A stretch of DNA of 64,000 nt from contig NC_068982.1 of the NCBI RefSeq assembly GCF_001194135.2, positions 100,013,333 to 100,077,332 on the forward strand, written 5' to 3'. Shown piece by piece: positions 11,179 to 24,525 of the stretch (positions are counted from its first letter, which is position 1; each line of letters starts with the position of its first letter). The notes below the pieces were generated by a model, which worked only from the letters and a program-made list of their open reading frames with translations, was not told the origin of the DNA and did not search any database. This DNA comes from Octopus bimaculoides. Lineage: Eukaryota. Position numbers and translations under genes: made by a program.

Positions 11179-11506
11179 GATAGATAGGTAGATAGGTATG
11201 TAGGTAGGTAGGTATGTAGGTGTGTGTGCATGTGTGTGTGTGTGTGTGTGTGTGTGCACGTGTGTATGTGTGTTGCATGTGTGTCTTAGTGCTTGTGTTT
11301 GTCTCCCACCACTGCTTGACAACTGGTGTTGGTCTGTTTATGTCACCATAACTCAGCAGTTTGGCAAAAGTGACCAATAGAATAAGTACCAGGCTTTAAA
11401 AATAAAAAGAAGTATTGGGGGAGGGGATTGACTCAGTCAACTAAAAGCTCTTCAAAGCAGCGCCCCAGCATGACCACAGTCAAATGACTGAAACAAGTAA
11501 AAGATA
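10645..11506 (+). mobile_element. family-B SINE split by the foldback insertion (head 10645-10784, tail ~11280-11506)
   Basis: Head and tail match family B on either side of the palindrome. Confidence 0.75.
10829..11126. repeat. 298-bp near-perfect palindrome (147-bp arms, 4 mismatches, 4-nt loop) with a CTGAAGA...GAAA-TA-TC core in each arm
   Basis: Direct base-by-base comparison of the arms. The insertion (10785-11129) interrupts a SINE at its TA tract, with TTATATATA on both sides. Confidence 0.9.
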
Positions 11507-11588
11507 CAATCATGCCTGAATTTATGTTTGTAAGTTTACAGACACAGCAAAGCATGTGATTGTAATCCATACAATATTTAATACTGTC

Positions 11589-12019
11589 AAGGCAGTGAGC
11601 TGGCAGAACTGTTAGAGTGCCGGGTGAAATGCTTAATGGTATTTCATCTGCCATTACATTCTGAGTTCAAATTCCGCCAAGGTCAACTTTGCCTTTCATC
11701 CTTTCGGGGTCGATAAATTAAGTACCAATTACGCACTGGGGTCGATGTAGTCGACTTAATCTGTTTGTCTGTCCTTGTTTGTCCCCTCTGTGTGTAGCCC
11801 CTTGTGGTCAGTAAAGAAATAAGAAACGTTAGCATGCCAGGTGAAATGCTTAGTGGTATTTCATCTGTCTTTACACTCTGAGTTCAAATTCCGTCAAGGT
11901 CAAATTTGCCTTTCATCCTTTTGGGGTCGATAAATTAAGTACCACTTGCATACTGGGGTCGATCTAATCGATTGGTCCCCTCACCCAAAATTTCAGGCCT
12001 TGTGCCTAGAGTAGAAAAG
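11589..12019 (+). mobile_element. dimeric family-A SINE (second copy)
   Basis: Same junction (AAAGAAAT|AAGAAACGTTAGC at 11820/11821); 16-bp TSD AATATT(T/G)AATACTGTC at 11573-11588 and 12020-12035. Confidence 0.9.
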
Positions 12020-12639
12020 AATATTGAATACTGTCTATTTATATTCTGAATTGAAATCTTGCTTTTCATTTCAATGAATTAAACAGTGTGTAAATTCAGT
12101 TACCTATAACTCTCTGGGATAAATCTTTATCTAAAGCTTAATTCAAAAATATCAATTAGGAATCAGGAATATCTAAAGAAAGAATTCTATCTTTATTTTC
12201 TATTGCAATTTTGGTATTATATACATTGAATATTTCTTCATTTCATTGTAGTTTTTTTGAGCAGTTATCTCTTATTTCATAATTTATCATTACTAAAAGG
12301 AGGCGGGTCTATGAATCACATGGAACTCGCTGACTATGTGTGCAGGTTCCATTATCATTTCAATTATCATTTAAAATGATAATTGATAATACGTTTGTAT
12401 TTAAACCTTATCATCATCTTCATCATCATCATGTTTGAGAGGGAGAGTGGGAAATAGAAGGGTGGAGAATACAGTGAATGGTGAACACAGGTGGGGATAA
12501 GGGGTTGTTGGGAAGATGGAATGTGGGGAAGAAGTTTATCAGAAACAAGATGTGTTTGGGGAGGGGGAGGGGGTAGTAGACATAAAGAACTTGCTTTTAT
12601 GGCCTCAATTTTACTCAGCTAGACAGGTCTTCTCAAGTA

Positions 12640-13010
12640 CAGCAAGTCACTTCAGTTCTTTGTCATTTCCTATGTGAAGCTCAGTATCTGAAGATCATCT
12701 CTGAAGTCATCAGATTTTCCTCTTCTTCAGGTTCCTTCCACAGTTAGAGATTGACACTTCTTTATGCAACTGTCTTTATCCATATACATCACATAACCAT
12801 ACAAGTACAATATTCTCTCTTGTACACTACATTTGATGCTTCTTGTACCCAATTTTTCTCTCGAAATATTTACACTTTGTCGTATATGCACACTGACATT
12901 GCACATCCAGCAGAGCATGCTGACTTTAGTTCTTTCAAGCCTTCATGTGCCCTTTGCATTCACAGCCCATGCCTCTCGAGCAGGACATAGTGTCTGAAGT
13001 AAAACTTGTC
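12640..13010 (-). mobile_element. degenerate RTE LINE RT C-terminal fragment
   Basis: MLCWMCNVSVHIRQSVNISREKLG...KKCQSLTVEGT parallels the 25.1-25.6 kb copy. Confidence 0.85.
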
Positions 13011-14875
13011 CAAAATAGATGGATGGCCAGAATGTGAGGTGAAACTCTACTGGAAAGATTGTATGATCTGAAACGTAGCTGAGAGAAATTGATGATATAC
13101 CAGTCTGGAAGAATAGCTGAGATATCTTACTGTCTGCTACTTCATGCTATAGGCTATCTGTTCATTGTTTCACATGGTTGATGGATTGCATTAGTCAGCA
13201 TTTAGATAAGTTTTTAGAGAATGACGTTCACCATTCAATGAATGAATGACTGACTGAATAATATATTTATAGAACACAACAGCTGTTTAAAGTCAGAGAC
13301 AGCAAAGCTAGACAGTAGCACTATGAAGAATGAGGAAATTGTAGCTCAGTCAAAGGCTAGTGACAGCCCAACTCAGCAAACTCTTTATTAATAATGAAAA
13401 CCTTAACTTCAGCATGCTGGGAACCAAACATTATACAGTTTAGTTTCTATTAAAAAAAAGAAGTAATTGATATTACTTTCAGCAGTATGCTTGCTTCTCC
13501 ATTACATTTAATGCTTAATGCTATGGTAAGTAAACGATGCAAGCAGAGAAAGGTGTGGCACAGGGAGATGATGAATACTAGTCATTCTGTCACTGGTTAG
13601 AATACAGAAGGGAAGAAGGGAAGGAGACGGAGAGGGAGGGAAAAGCCTTATCTGAAATTCTCTTCTTCCAATCATGTGTATTCTATTAATTGATAAATAA
13701 GTGTCTAACACCATAAAGATGTATTCTCGATAAGTTCATACTGTGATTCAATTTACATTCCAAATTACTATTTGATTTCATTTATATTACAAATTTTCTC
13801 TGTGAAAGCATAACTGTCCCAACAGCTCTTTCTTCTATTCTTACATGTCTGAAACCACATATAATAAACCACGGTTAAATTCTTAATAGATTAAGACCAA
13901 CTGGTTTTATTAGTAGATAAGCCATAACCTCTATATATTCGACTATTTATTTTTGCGTCAATTTTATAATTAGCTACATCAGTTCCTTTTCTCAGTATAA
14001 TTAATATGCTTTATAATATGGAATCCACATAAAAGAAAGATTTAAATTAGTTCTGACAGAGCTCTAACTTGGAAGCATCAAGTCTCAAGTTTGCTTTTGT
14101 GTCAAGTTTAGTTCTATATCAATAAATTCATGTCTTCTTTCCAGGCAACCTTGAAGGGGGCAACTAGTGGTTGTGTGTGCATGTGCACTTGTCTGTGCAT
14201 GTGCACTTGTCTGTGCATGCGCGCGTGTGTGCGTATTTGTGTGTTTGTGTTAGTGTGTTTTCATGCTCTCAGATGTATGATGGCTGTCTTATTTGTTAAT
14301 TTCTGCCTAGCATTTGTCAAATGCCCATGCGATGGAAACCAGCATTCCTTTCAACATCTCTCAGTCTTAACAACAAAACTTTCTCCATCAGAGAGTATTA
14401 ACTTTGAAGAAGAAAACAATATACATTGCTTTTCAGAAGGGCTGCCTTCATTTGCTATTGGATAGTGATGGGCATGGCTGAATAGGTATGGGGGACAGGG
14501 TATTCAGGCTTTATCACAACTATCATCACTATCATGTGACATCAGTTAACATCCAATTTTCTTTATTTTACTTTAGCTTAATTTACTTTAACTCTCAACA
14601 TAATCCTGCAAAGTCTCTACTCTGTGTTATGTCACAAGTTAACAACAAGTCTCCAAGTGGTCATTCCCCATACTAGAAATGACAACCAAATCTTCCTCAG
14701 TCATGCCCTTCCATCTTAAATAAGGAAAGACATATTAGACTATGTGATCAACTGATATTCTAAAAAACAAAAAAAAGGGAAGGTCAAAGATGGGACATTT
14801 TTGATTATAAGGTTGCTCAATTGGGGCTGACCTAAGATTAAACAGCAATATTCAGACATAAATGCATGCATATGG

Positions 14876-14913
<38 letters not shown>

Positions 14914-15442
14914 TCCTTATGTTATATGCCCTGATAGAATATACAAACTGGTTCTAAAAAGCCATTACATTTATAGAATAAAGTATTGCAAAAAAAAAAA
15001 TATATATATATATATATATGTGGGAAGACAAGAGTGAAGCATTAGTAAAGAGGCATTTGATGATCTGGTGTCAGGCAACACTTTAATATATTAGTAGCAT
15101 TTTCTAATTGCCAATGAGTCAAAGAGACGATGCTGCTACAATATGTGTATTTGAAGAGTATTATTGTTGACTCAACTATAACATTGCATCTAGAAGCATT
15201 GGAATTTGGGAAACTAGAATAAATGTAATATAAAATGGATGTAATTTGCAGATGAAAGTCAATACTTTCCAGGCTGGATATTTGGGATATGGGACAGAAA
15301 AGAAAAATTTAGAAATTTGTGTTAATGTGTTACTCAATAATTTAAAAAAAAAATATTCATGGATATTTTAATATTTTCTTACTGCATGTCTGTGTGTGTG
15401 TGTACACATACTTAACCATTTTTACACTGCTTACACCATAGG

Positions 15443-15500
<58 letters not shown>

Positions 15501-15504
<4 letters not shown>

Positions 15505-15790
15505 TCATCGTGTAACGTCCGCTTTTCATGCTAGCATGGGTTGGACTATTTGACTGAGGACTGGTGAAACCAGATGGCTACACCAGGCTCCAATCTGATT
15601 TGGCAGAATTTCCACAGCTGGATGCCCTTCCTAACGCCAACCACTCCGAGAGTGTAGTGGGTGCTTTACGTGCCACTGGCACGAAGGCCAGTCAGGCGGT
15701 ACTGGCAACGGCCACGCTCAAAATGGTGTATTTTATGTGCCACCTGCACAGGAGCCAGTCCAGGAGCACTGGCAATGATCTCGCTCGAAT
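15501..15790 (-). mobile_element. RTE LINE 3'UTR-only copy
   Basis: Matches the 3'UTR and tail of 42945-43472. Confidence 0.85.
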
Positions 15791-15883
15791 ATATATATAT
15801 ATGCAAATATATGTGTGTATATATATATCATCATCGTCATATATATATATATATATATACAAACACATACATACATACATACA

Positions 15884-16277
15884 TGGCTGTGTGGTAAGAA
15901 GCTTGCTTCTCAATCACATGGTTCAGGGTTCAGTCCTGCTGTGTGGCACCTTGAGCAAGTATCTTCTACTATCGCCTTGGGCCAACCAAATCCTTGTGAG
16001 TGGATTTGGTAGATAGAAACTGAAAGAAGCACATCGTATGTGTGTGTGTGTGTCTTTGGACCTGTAATTATCACCCCCCCATCACCATATGACAATTGAT
16101 GTTAGTGTGTTTACATCCCCATAACTTAGCAGTTTGGCAAAAAGGACCACCAGAATAAGTACTAGGCTTTAAAAAAGAATAAGTCCTAGGGGCGATTTCT
16201 TTGACTAAAACCCTTCAAGGTGGTGTTCCAGCATGGCCGCAGTCAAATGACTGAAACTAATAAAAGGGTAAAAGAAT
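15884..16277 (+). mobile_element. family-B SINE, near full length
   Basis: Same head, microsatellite core and tail as 33083-33486. Confidence 0.88.
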
Positions 16278-16653
16278 ATATNNNNNNNNNNNNNNNNNNN
16301 NNNNNNNNNNNNNNNNNNNNNNNNNNNNNNNNNNNNNNNNNNNNNNNNNNNNNNNNNNNNNNNNNNNNNNNNNNNNNNNNNNNNNNNNNNNNNNNNNNNN
16401 NNNNNNNNNNNNNNNNNNNNNNNNNNNNNNNNNNNNNNNNNNNNNNNNNNNNNNNNNNNNNNNNNNNNNNNNNNNNNNNNNNNNNNNNNNNNNNNNNNNN
16501 NNNNNNNNNNNNNNNNNNNNNNNNNNNNNNNNNNNNNNNNNNNNNNNNNNNNNNNNNNNNNNNNNNNNNNNNNNNNNNNNNNNNNNNNNNNNNNNNNNNN
16601 NNNNNNNNNNNNNNNNNNNNNNNNNNNNNNNNNNNNNNNNNNNNNNNNNNNNN

Positions 16654-17349
16654 CAACTCTTTTCAATGCTCTCCTTGTTTAAGTTGGTGAATGCTACCAT
16701 ATTCCTTGCCTTCAGTTCATCTTTGGTGTTACAGGGAGTTTTGTTGGTCTCTTGCTCAATTGTGTCCCACACATAATAATCAAGGGGGTTAAGGTCTGGA
16801 GAGTTAGGTAATCAGATGTTAGTGGTGATGTGGTCGCAGAAATTGTCTGACAGCCATGACTGGGTTCTCCTGCTTGTGTGGCATGGTGCAGAGTCCTGTT
16901 GCCAAACATAGGGTCTTCCAGCAGCCACCCTCTTGACCTGGGCAGCACTACCTCCTCCAGGCACTTGATGTAGGCCTCCATGTTGGGTCTGAGGCCATGT
17001 GGGAAGATGAATGGAGGCATAATGTCACCATCACTAATGATCTCTTCAAGTACCATGATGTTGACTGGATGTTTGATTTTTATCACTCTCAGTACATGTC
17101 CTCAGATTGCACTGTCTTCAGATTGACACTCAAACACTCTGAAATGTTTGTATTGGAGCTTCTGGCATGAATGCCAAGCTGTACAGTATGTGGTTTCCAA
17201 ATTTCTGGCAGAGTGAATTGCGTCATGATGCTGTTTTTCTTACAGAGTGCCCAACTGACCCTACTATACTGTGTAGTGAACAAAATGGAAAACAAACAAT
17301 GCGCATGTATGAAAATATAAAATGGCAACAATTTACTAATTGCACCCTG
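16654..17349 (-). mobile_element. maT-family (DD37D) Tc1/mariner element, internally deleted and inactivated; 3' end in the gap
   Basis: WQQDSAPCHTSRRTQSWLSDNFCDHITTNI*LPNSPDLNPLDYYVW has 37 residues between the catalytic Ds; 5' TIR CAGGGTGCAATTAGTAAATTGTTGCC at 17349. Confidence 0.88.
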
Positions 17350-17562
17350 TTTTCTTCTGTTGTATATAGTTGTAAGGCTTTGTGCTGTTATATATGCATA
17401 ATTCTTTGTCTGTTGTATTGTTAGAAGAATATCTTTTATAACCCCATGAAGTTTTGAAAGACATCATTTGCATATGAATTTACTGCACAAATCTGAAGCA
17501 TACTCATTTGAGGAGCTGGGAATTGGTGGAACAATGCTAAACACACTTGGATGTAACTTTAA

Positions 17563-17781
17563 TTCTTTAACATTCAGATTACTCTGTCAAATGTAAAGCT
17601 TATTTATTCACATCATTTTGAATTAATCATGCATTACCTTGTAGCTTTGATATTTTGATGATGTGATAGTATATTTTTAGAATGACTTTGTAGGATATGT
17701 ATGAGAAGCTAGATCAGGTCTGTTGAACATAAAATAGGTAGAATATTTGGGCTGAATATGGCTGGTTTAAATACTAAAAGT
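17563..17781 (+). mobile_element. piggyBac-type MITE copy
   Basis: TTAA at both ends; internal match to 9711-9929. Confidence 0.7.
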
Positions 17782-19598
17782 TTAAAGATGGGTCTTATTG
17801 AGTCTGATGAGGAATTTAATAACTGCCTATTTAATGCCAAAACATTTGGAACCTGTTCTGCATCTCAGTTTCACGATTTGTTCATTTTGATATTATCCTC
17901 GGGTATCAGATTAAATATTGCTCATTGAATCTTAGCTTGTTAAAATTCTTTCAAAATATAAAGTTGTTTATAGTAAAAGATCACTGACTGCAGCCTCCTA
18001 ATGATGAACAATTAGGGATGCATGTTATCATTGATATGCAAATCTTTTGCCTTCAAAATAGTAATTCTTTTCAGCAGATCACCTCTGGATGATCGGCATC
18101 AGATACACAAGAAATTCTCATCTCAAGACATCTCTAACATTGATCTACTGAGAACTGATGCCAACAATTAAAAAAAAAAAACATTTTGACACCTGAGTTA
18201 TGCACAAACACATATATACACACACATATGCCTGTGTGCACACGCATACACACTCATGCAATCATAAATATATAATAAACATAGATGAGTGTGCCTGCTT
18301 TCACTTTGCTCATTGTTGTTGATGATGATGATTAAAAAATATAAAGGAGGTTAAGAAATAAACAACTGAAACATACAAATGTGTCTACAAATTCATCTTA
18401 ATTAAGCATTCAGATAATATAAAAGTCAAGAAAATATTTTAATAAAACAAAATTTTTATGTACATGACGCCAGTGATGTCATATAGAACAGCAATCTAAG
18501 TTTAAATACTTTCTTTACTGATGGTTTTTGGTGACTCCAAAAAAATGCATTCAGTTTAATGTTTAATGAGCATGCATAAGATTATGTGAATCATCTACTC
18601 GTACTTCTGCACCAACATGACTGGCTTAAGTATTTTACAAAAACGGTCTACTGTTATTTCAACTTTTCATACTTCAGTTTGCAATGAGAAGGATTCGGTT
18701 TATCAACAACAAACAAGCAAAAATAACTTGAAATTGTAGTTCCATCTCTTGGGTTGAAGTATCATAAACGTTGAGGTATAAGAATAAAGCTGTTGATCAC
18801 ACATTTCATGTTCTTTAGCAAAATTATTTACCTTTTTTATGGTAAGATCATTATGTTTCTTGGGGATTTTTAACTAATACTTCTTATCTTAATGAAAACT
18901 GGCAGATTTGCTGTCATGATTAATCCTTCATTTCAGAAGAAAATTATGAAAGAGAAACTTACATCAGTTGAAACTACAGAATCAAGAGTTTGATTTTTTA
19001 TTTTATGTTGAATTCTGATGTCAAGATAGAGCTCCAAGCAGTTTCAAGTTCATATCAAATGAATGTGAAATGATAAATTAGGTTTTTGGCAGCCTGCTGA
19101 TTCCTTCAAACTTCACAGATCAAGCAAAACTAACAGTACCTATGATGTTATTGATTCTATAAATGAGGGAATTATCAACATATTTGATGGAGAAACTGTC
19201 ACTTAAAAAAACCATGATTTCCGTGTTAATGAATTTATATTTACAGGTCATTATATAAGATTATACTTTAGAATTATTTAGTAATTATAAGGAATAATTA
19301 TATTGATATATAATTGTAAACCTAGCAACTTAAAAAATTATATTAATATATAATTGTAAACTTAGCAACTTAAAACTGATGTCTGGAGCAGAAACAAATG
19401 TTGCAATTTGCTATTAAAGCCTGGTACCTTCCATCTTTGTGTTATATTATTCTTATATTAATTCTATACAACAGCAGAGTTCCACAAGTTTATCCAGCCT
19501 AGGAAAATATTCTGCTGTAGAGTGACATGTGGTAGCCAATAATGGTATTGGAGTTCTCAAATGCACATTACAAGGTTTTTACCTAAATTATACTATAT

Positions 19599-20479
19599 TT
19601 ATATAAGGGCATTCCTACAGAATAATGCCACACAACAGACTTCCCAAATAAACACATTTTAGTACCGAATGTGAGGAAAGCAACCAACAGAAGAAACCAA
19701 CTTTCTTTTAAATAATTCAACTATGTATCGACCAATTTCGCGATTACTAGAATGAAATCTAGTTTCCATTCATCAGCATAGTATAGTACAAAATATATAT
19801 AAATAAACAAAATCCTCACCTTACCAAAACGAACACTCAATGTATCCAACAAAGCAAAGGGAATGATGTTTATCTGTATATATCTCTTCACAAAGAAGCA
19901 GGAATCTTTCTGAGTTGCTTTCGTACACATGTGCAAATCGGAATAAAATTCAGCATTGAATATATTCTGGGTATATATTTGATTAATAAATTCAAAAAAG
20001 GATAAAAATCTTTTACAAGAATTTTATCAGGAAGCCAGTGTGTAAAAAAATTCATAAGGGAAATTTCTATTCCCAAGAATATAATTATTCCCTTTGCTTT
20101 GTTCCTTTTGCTTTGTCGGATACGTAGAGTGTTCGCTTTGGTAAGGTGAGGATTTTGTTTATTTATATATATTTTGTACTATACTATGCTGATGAATGGA
20201 AACTAGATTTCATTCTAGTAATTGCGAAATCAGTCGATACATAGTTGAATTATTTAAAAGAAAGTTGGTTTCTTCTGTTGGTTGCTTTCCTCACATTCGG
20301 TACTAAAATGTGTTTATTTGGGAAGTCTGTTGTGTGGCATTATTCTGTAGTAATGCCCTTATATAAATATAAATGAATTATTATATTCTTGGGAATAGAA
20401 ATTTCCCTCATGAATTTTTTTACACACTGGCTTCCTGATAAAATTCTTGTAAAAGATTTTTATCCTTTTTTGAATTTAT
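19599..20479. mobile_element. 881-bp Penelope-like/retrozyme insertion with interleaved inverted repeats (A-X-B'-A'-B) and two hammerhead motifs
   Basis: 15-bp flanking direct repeat TAAATTATACTATAT at 19584-19598 and 20480-20494; hammerhead motif at 20183-20245 (+) and 19720-19782 (-). Confidence 0.75.
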
Positions 20480-21519
20480 TAAATTATACTATATATATAT
20501 ATATATACTCACACACACACATACACTCACTCACACACACACATATATATATACATATATATATGTATATATATATATTGTCGTCAGCTTTACCGTCTTG
20601 CTAAGTATTGCTTTCTTCGATGAAGAAATACCAGTGGCTTAGTTTTGATTAGTGTAGATCCCAATAGGAAGTGATTAACACACTGTAGCACATGTAAAAT
20701 GTAACACCCAGGATCAGACAATGAAACTGCAACAGACTGTTGTTGCCAGGCATTGCTTGAGTTGTGCCTTCATAGGTAGTCTGTCTGGCATTGCCTTCTT
20801 TCATCAGTTCAGCCATTGGAATCATAGGTTTTCATCTACTTGATTTGCTATTGAGAACTTGGGGGTTTTTTGGGAGGTTTTTTTTAGTTATGCTGCTCTA
20901 GATTTGGCTGCATCAGTGGGAGCAAGGTCTCTTTATGCAGATTTTAGTGAGGATAGCTTTGCTAATAAATCAGAGGCTAAGTTCTTTCCCTGGACATGAC
21001 CAATTACCTTGGAATGTGAAGACCAATATCTGAGGAAAAGCTATATATTGTGCATCATACATCTACACAGCCTTTGAGCATATACATTTATATATAGTTC
21101 ATAGATGAGATCCAGATGTTCTCTGTATAGAATACACTTGAGTGGGTACAGAAGCGAATGTGGGGATAAGCAAATTAGACAGACGAATATATAAAGTATA
21201 TTAAATACATGAAATACAAACTATGTATATAAGTATACATATAAAAAGGTCCAACTTACACAGAGTACAAATGATATAGAAAATTAAATGGGTAGAAGAA
21301 AGCTATTACAAATCCAACAGGGGGCACGGCAATCCATGATAATGTTTGTAGATTAATTCCATCAGAGAATGTGGCTGTATGGATGCATTTAACATAGGAT
21401 GAGATGAGCCCCCATCTTCAGGGAAGAGATCTTACATTTGAGATCATAAAGGAAAGAAGTTCAAAGATGGACAGCAACAGCACCAACAACAGCAGCACCT
21501 GCAACAACAACAGGTGCAC

Positions 21520-21830
21520 CAACATCATGTGCCCACAGAAAAACATGGGATCCACTGGGAATTCTCTCAAACAGCATCTTGCCAACTATTTCTCCTCCTT
21601 CAGAGTCCAGGGAAGGAGATATGTGATATCGCTGGTAATTAAGAGTTGAAGGGATACCATACTCAATCGCATGGAAAATACTCAAGAACTCAGTTATGCA
21701 TTGCTGAATGCACGAGAACCCTAAAAGACTCTATTGTGCCAGGGAGCATACTGAACTCCAGAATGGAGATTTATGGGCCATGTTTGCATTTTAGAAGATT
21801 CTTGCTGGCATTTTGGAATCCACAAGGCAA
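21520..21830 (+). mobile_element. degenerate Penelope-like element GIY-YIG endonuclease C-terminal region (frameshifted)
   Basis: Consecutive peptide pieces MGSTGNSLKQHLANYFSSFR / EGIPYSIAWKILKN / ILNSRMEIYGPCLHFRRFLL follow the pattern YIGxTxNxFKxRxxNHxSSFR...IxWxI...LLNxRxExxxxCxHxxKFLL that I recall for invertebrate PLEs. Confidence 0.65.
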
Positions 21831-22273
21831 CACTGCAGCCAGAATCCAATAGCCAAGGCCAAAGGGAGACAATCGTTTACCTTCATGGTTCTTTGGTGAG
21901 TGCAGCCAAAGCTCGATGACCAATGGCGAAGGGAGATAATAACCTAGTGTTTACTTATATAGAAAGGCATTTCTCCCTCCATATTTTGAGGAGGTCTTAG
22001 GCCAGCATTTATATCTTATTAACCTAACCTGGAATCTACACTTTGGAAATAAAGTACCTTTATAAAAAGTACATGTCTGAATTACCTAGAGTGGCTATCT
22101 TCACCTAGCTGGGTTGCATTGTCTGCACACATGGCAGGAATGTCAGGTACAAACACCCCTGCATGGAGTCTTGATATTCAGTATTCAATTGATATTGTTT
22201 GGGTGTGTGGATTATATCGACCTAACAAGGTGCCTCAATTTAAGTACCTAATTCAACAGTATCTTAATTATAC

Positions 22274-22304
<31 letters not shown>

Positions 22305-23091
22305 ATAATATTAGGGACAAAATCCAAAATTACAGGTAAAAACTCAANNNNNNNNNNATATATAATAATATTAGGGACAAAATCCAAAATTACAGGTAAA
22401 AACTCAATTAAAATCAATTCATAAAAAATTAAAATTAAATTGAGCTTTATAGATTATAATATATATAGAAATATATAGTTTTAGGGAAAAGAACCAAGTT
22501 TCAAGAACTCTTCGATGAAAATCCACTATCACATATAGAAAAATTAATAATTAAAAGCACAATAAATGAGTATAATATAAAACAAAGTAAATATCATAAG
22601 ATATTTGGTTCTTTTCCCTAAAACTATATATATATATATATACATATACACACACACATATATATACACACACACACAGAGGATTGATAAATCAGGACAG
22701 TGTGGGACAAATTACTTTGTAGTTACATTCCTTGATATTTTGATTTGTAAGATCTATTTTTGCCTTTCATTTTTGGAAGGTCAATGATCTACCAAGCATG
22801 ATAATGTGATTGTCTACACCCTAGAAAGTAGTGTCTCAGCTTGGCCACAGTCCAATGACTGAAACCAGTAAATGAATACACACATACATGCTTGCTTGCA
22901 AGCATATACACACAAACACACACAGACAGACAGAGACATACACACACACATTTATATATTTAAACCATGTTATTATATGAAAAAAAAAAAGATACCAAAA
23001 TAGGTTTTATCTCTCCCACAGACTTTGCCCTTTAAACACTGAAGGAGATCTCCCACCCAACAAACTGCTGAAATAACCCAGCTGTACCTGT

Positions 23092-23140
<49 letters not shown>

Positions 23141-23598
23141 ACAACTCATACTGTGACCCACCTAACCACACTATTATGATAAAGAATAAGCAGTGAGTGG
23201 GGAGGGATGTTGTACTTATTACGTAACACTACTTGTGTTTTGCAGCTCCTTGACTCACTGTTCTGTGTGTTATTTTGTTACACAACTCAGAAGACCACAC
23301 CNNNNNNNNNNNNNNNNNNNNNNNNNNNNNNNNNNNNNNNNNNNNNNNNNNNNNNNNNNNNNNNNNNNNNNNNNNNNNNNNNNNNNNNNNNNNNNNNNNN
23401 NNNNNNNNNNNNNNNNNNNNNNNNNNNNNNNNNNNNNNNNNNNNNNNNNNNNNNNNNNNNNNNNNNNNNNNNNNNNNNNNNNNNNNNNNNNNNNNNNNNN
23501 NNNNNNNNNNNNNNNNNNNNNNNNNNNNNNNNNNNNNNNNNNNNNNNNNNNNNNNNNNNNNNNNNNNNNNNNNNNNNNNNNNNNNNNNNNNNNNNNNN

Positions 23599-23635
<37 letters not shown>

Positions 23636-24525
23636 GAGAGAGAGAGAGAGAGATACAGTAAATGTGTGTGTGTGTGCATGTGTGTGTGTGTGCATGTGTG
23701 TGTGTGTGTGCATGTGTGTATACTCACACACACGCACACGCATATATATTATCAGTTAGTTATCTGCAAGTCAGAAATAGGTATTCAATGAAAAATAGAC
23801 CAGTTATATTTTAATACATATAAAATGGGTGATCAATATTTCCACGTGTAATATTTTGTGTGAAACCTATGGTAATAACCTGACCAGTCATATGTCTTAA
23901 CTTATACTGCTCAACAATATAGAAATGTATATATTTTGTTTTTGTAATGTCACCCTCATCACTCATTATTTTTGCTTTGTGGATCCCTCACTCTCATACA
24001 GTAACTCTCTATGTTTGGTGTAGCCCTCGTCAGCAGTTCCACAGATTCTGGTCACAAAGGCAGACAGGAATTCATTTTCTGTCTTTAAACTTCCACTCCT
24101 CAATTGATTCAATCTTTTTCTGTAACACGCACATCATTACTCACACCCACATGCACTCAAATGCATGTAAAACCAAGCACACACACACACACACACACAC
24201 ACACATTGGTTCAGAAGCACTTGTCTTTCTACCCACTCACTTACCAACAGCATAAATATATATTTACACAGACACACGCACACACACTCATACACAATGA
24301 GATTCTAAAACCCTTTGTATCACACACACAATATGTCCAGAAACACACCAACTAAAACTTACACATACAGCCCTAACCCTATCACACACGCACTGATAGT
24401 TATAATGCACATATTCACATACTCAACATAACACTACAACACAAAATCCATCTAAACACATCTCATACACATGTATACGGATATGCACATGTATGCACAA
24501 ATACACATATATAAACATAGGTATA

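Noticed and set aside
17804-17846. CTGATGA-GGAATT...AATGCC-AAAA-CAT: decayed hammerhead-like motif
   Set aside because: GAAA is mutated, stem II is mismatched and there is no stem I; at best a relic.
18078-18170. Possible terminal exon SPLDDRHQIHKKFSSQDISNIDLLRTDANN*
   Set aside because: No linkable upstream exon and no homology recognised; expected by chance in 64 kb.
21340-21372. Minus-strand CTGATGG...CAAACATT near the PLE remnant
   Set aside because: Two core positions are wrong and no stems could be built.
22298-22407. Exact ~50-bp tandem repeat either side of a 10-N gap
   Set aside because: Typical unmerged contig overlap (assembly artefact).
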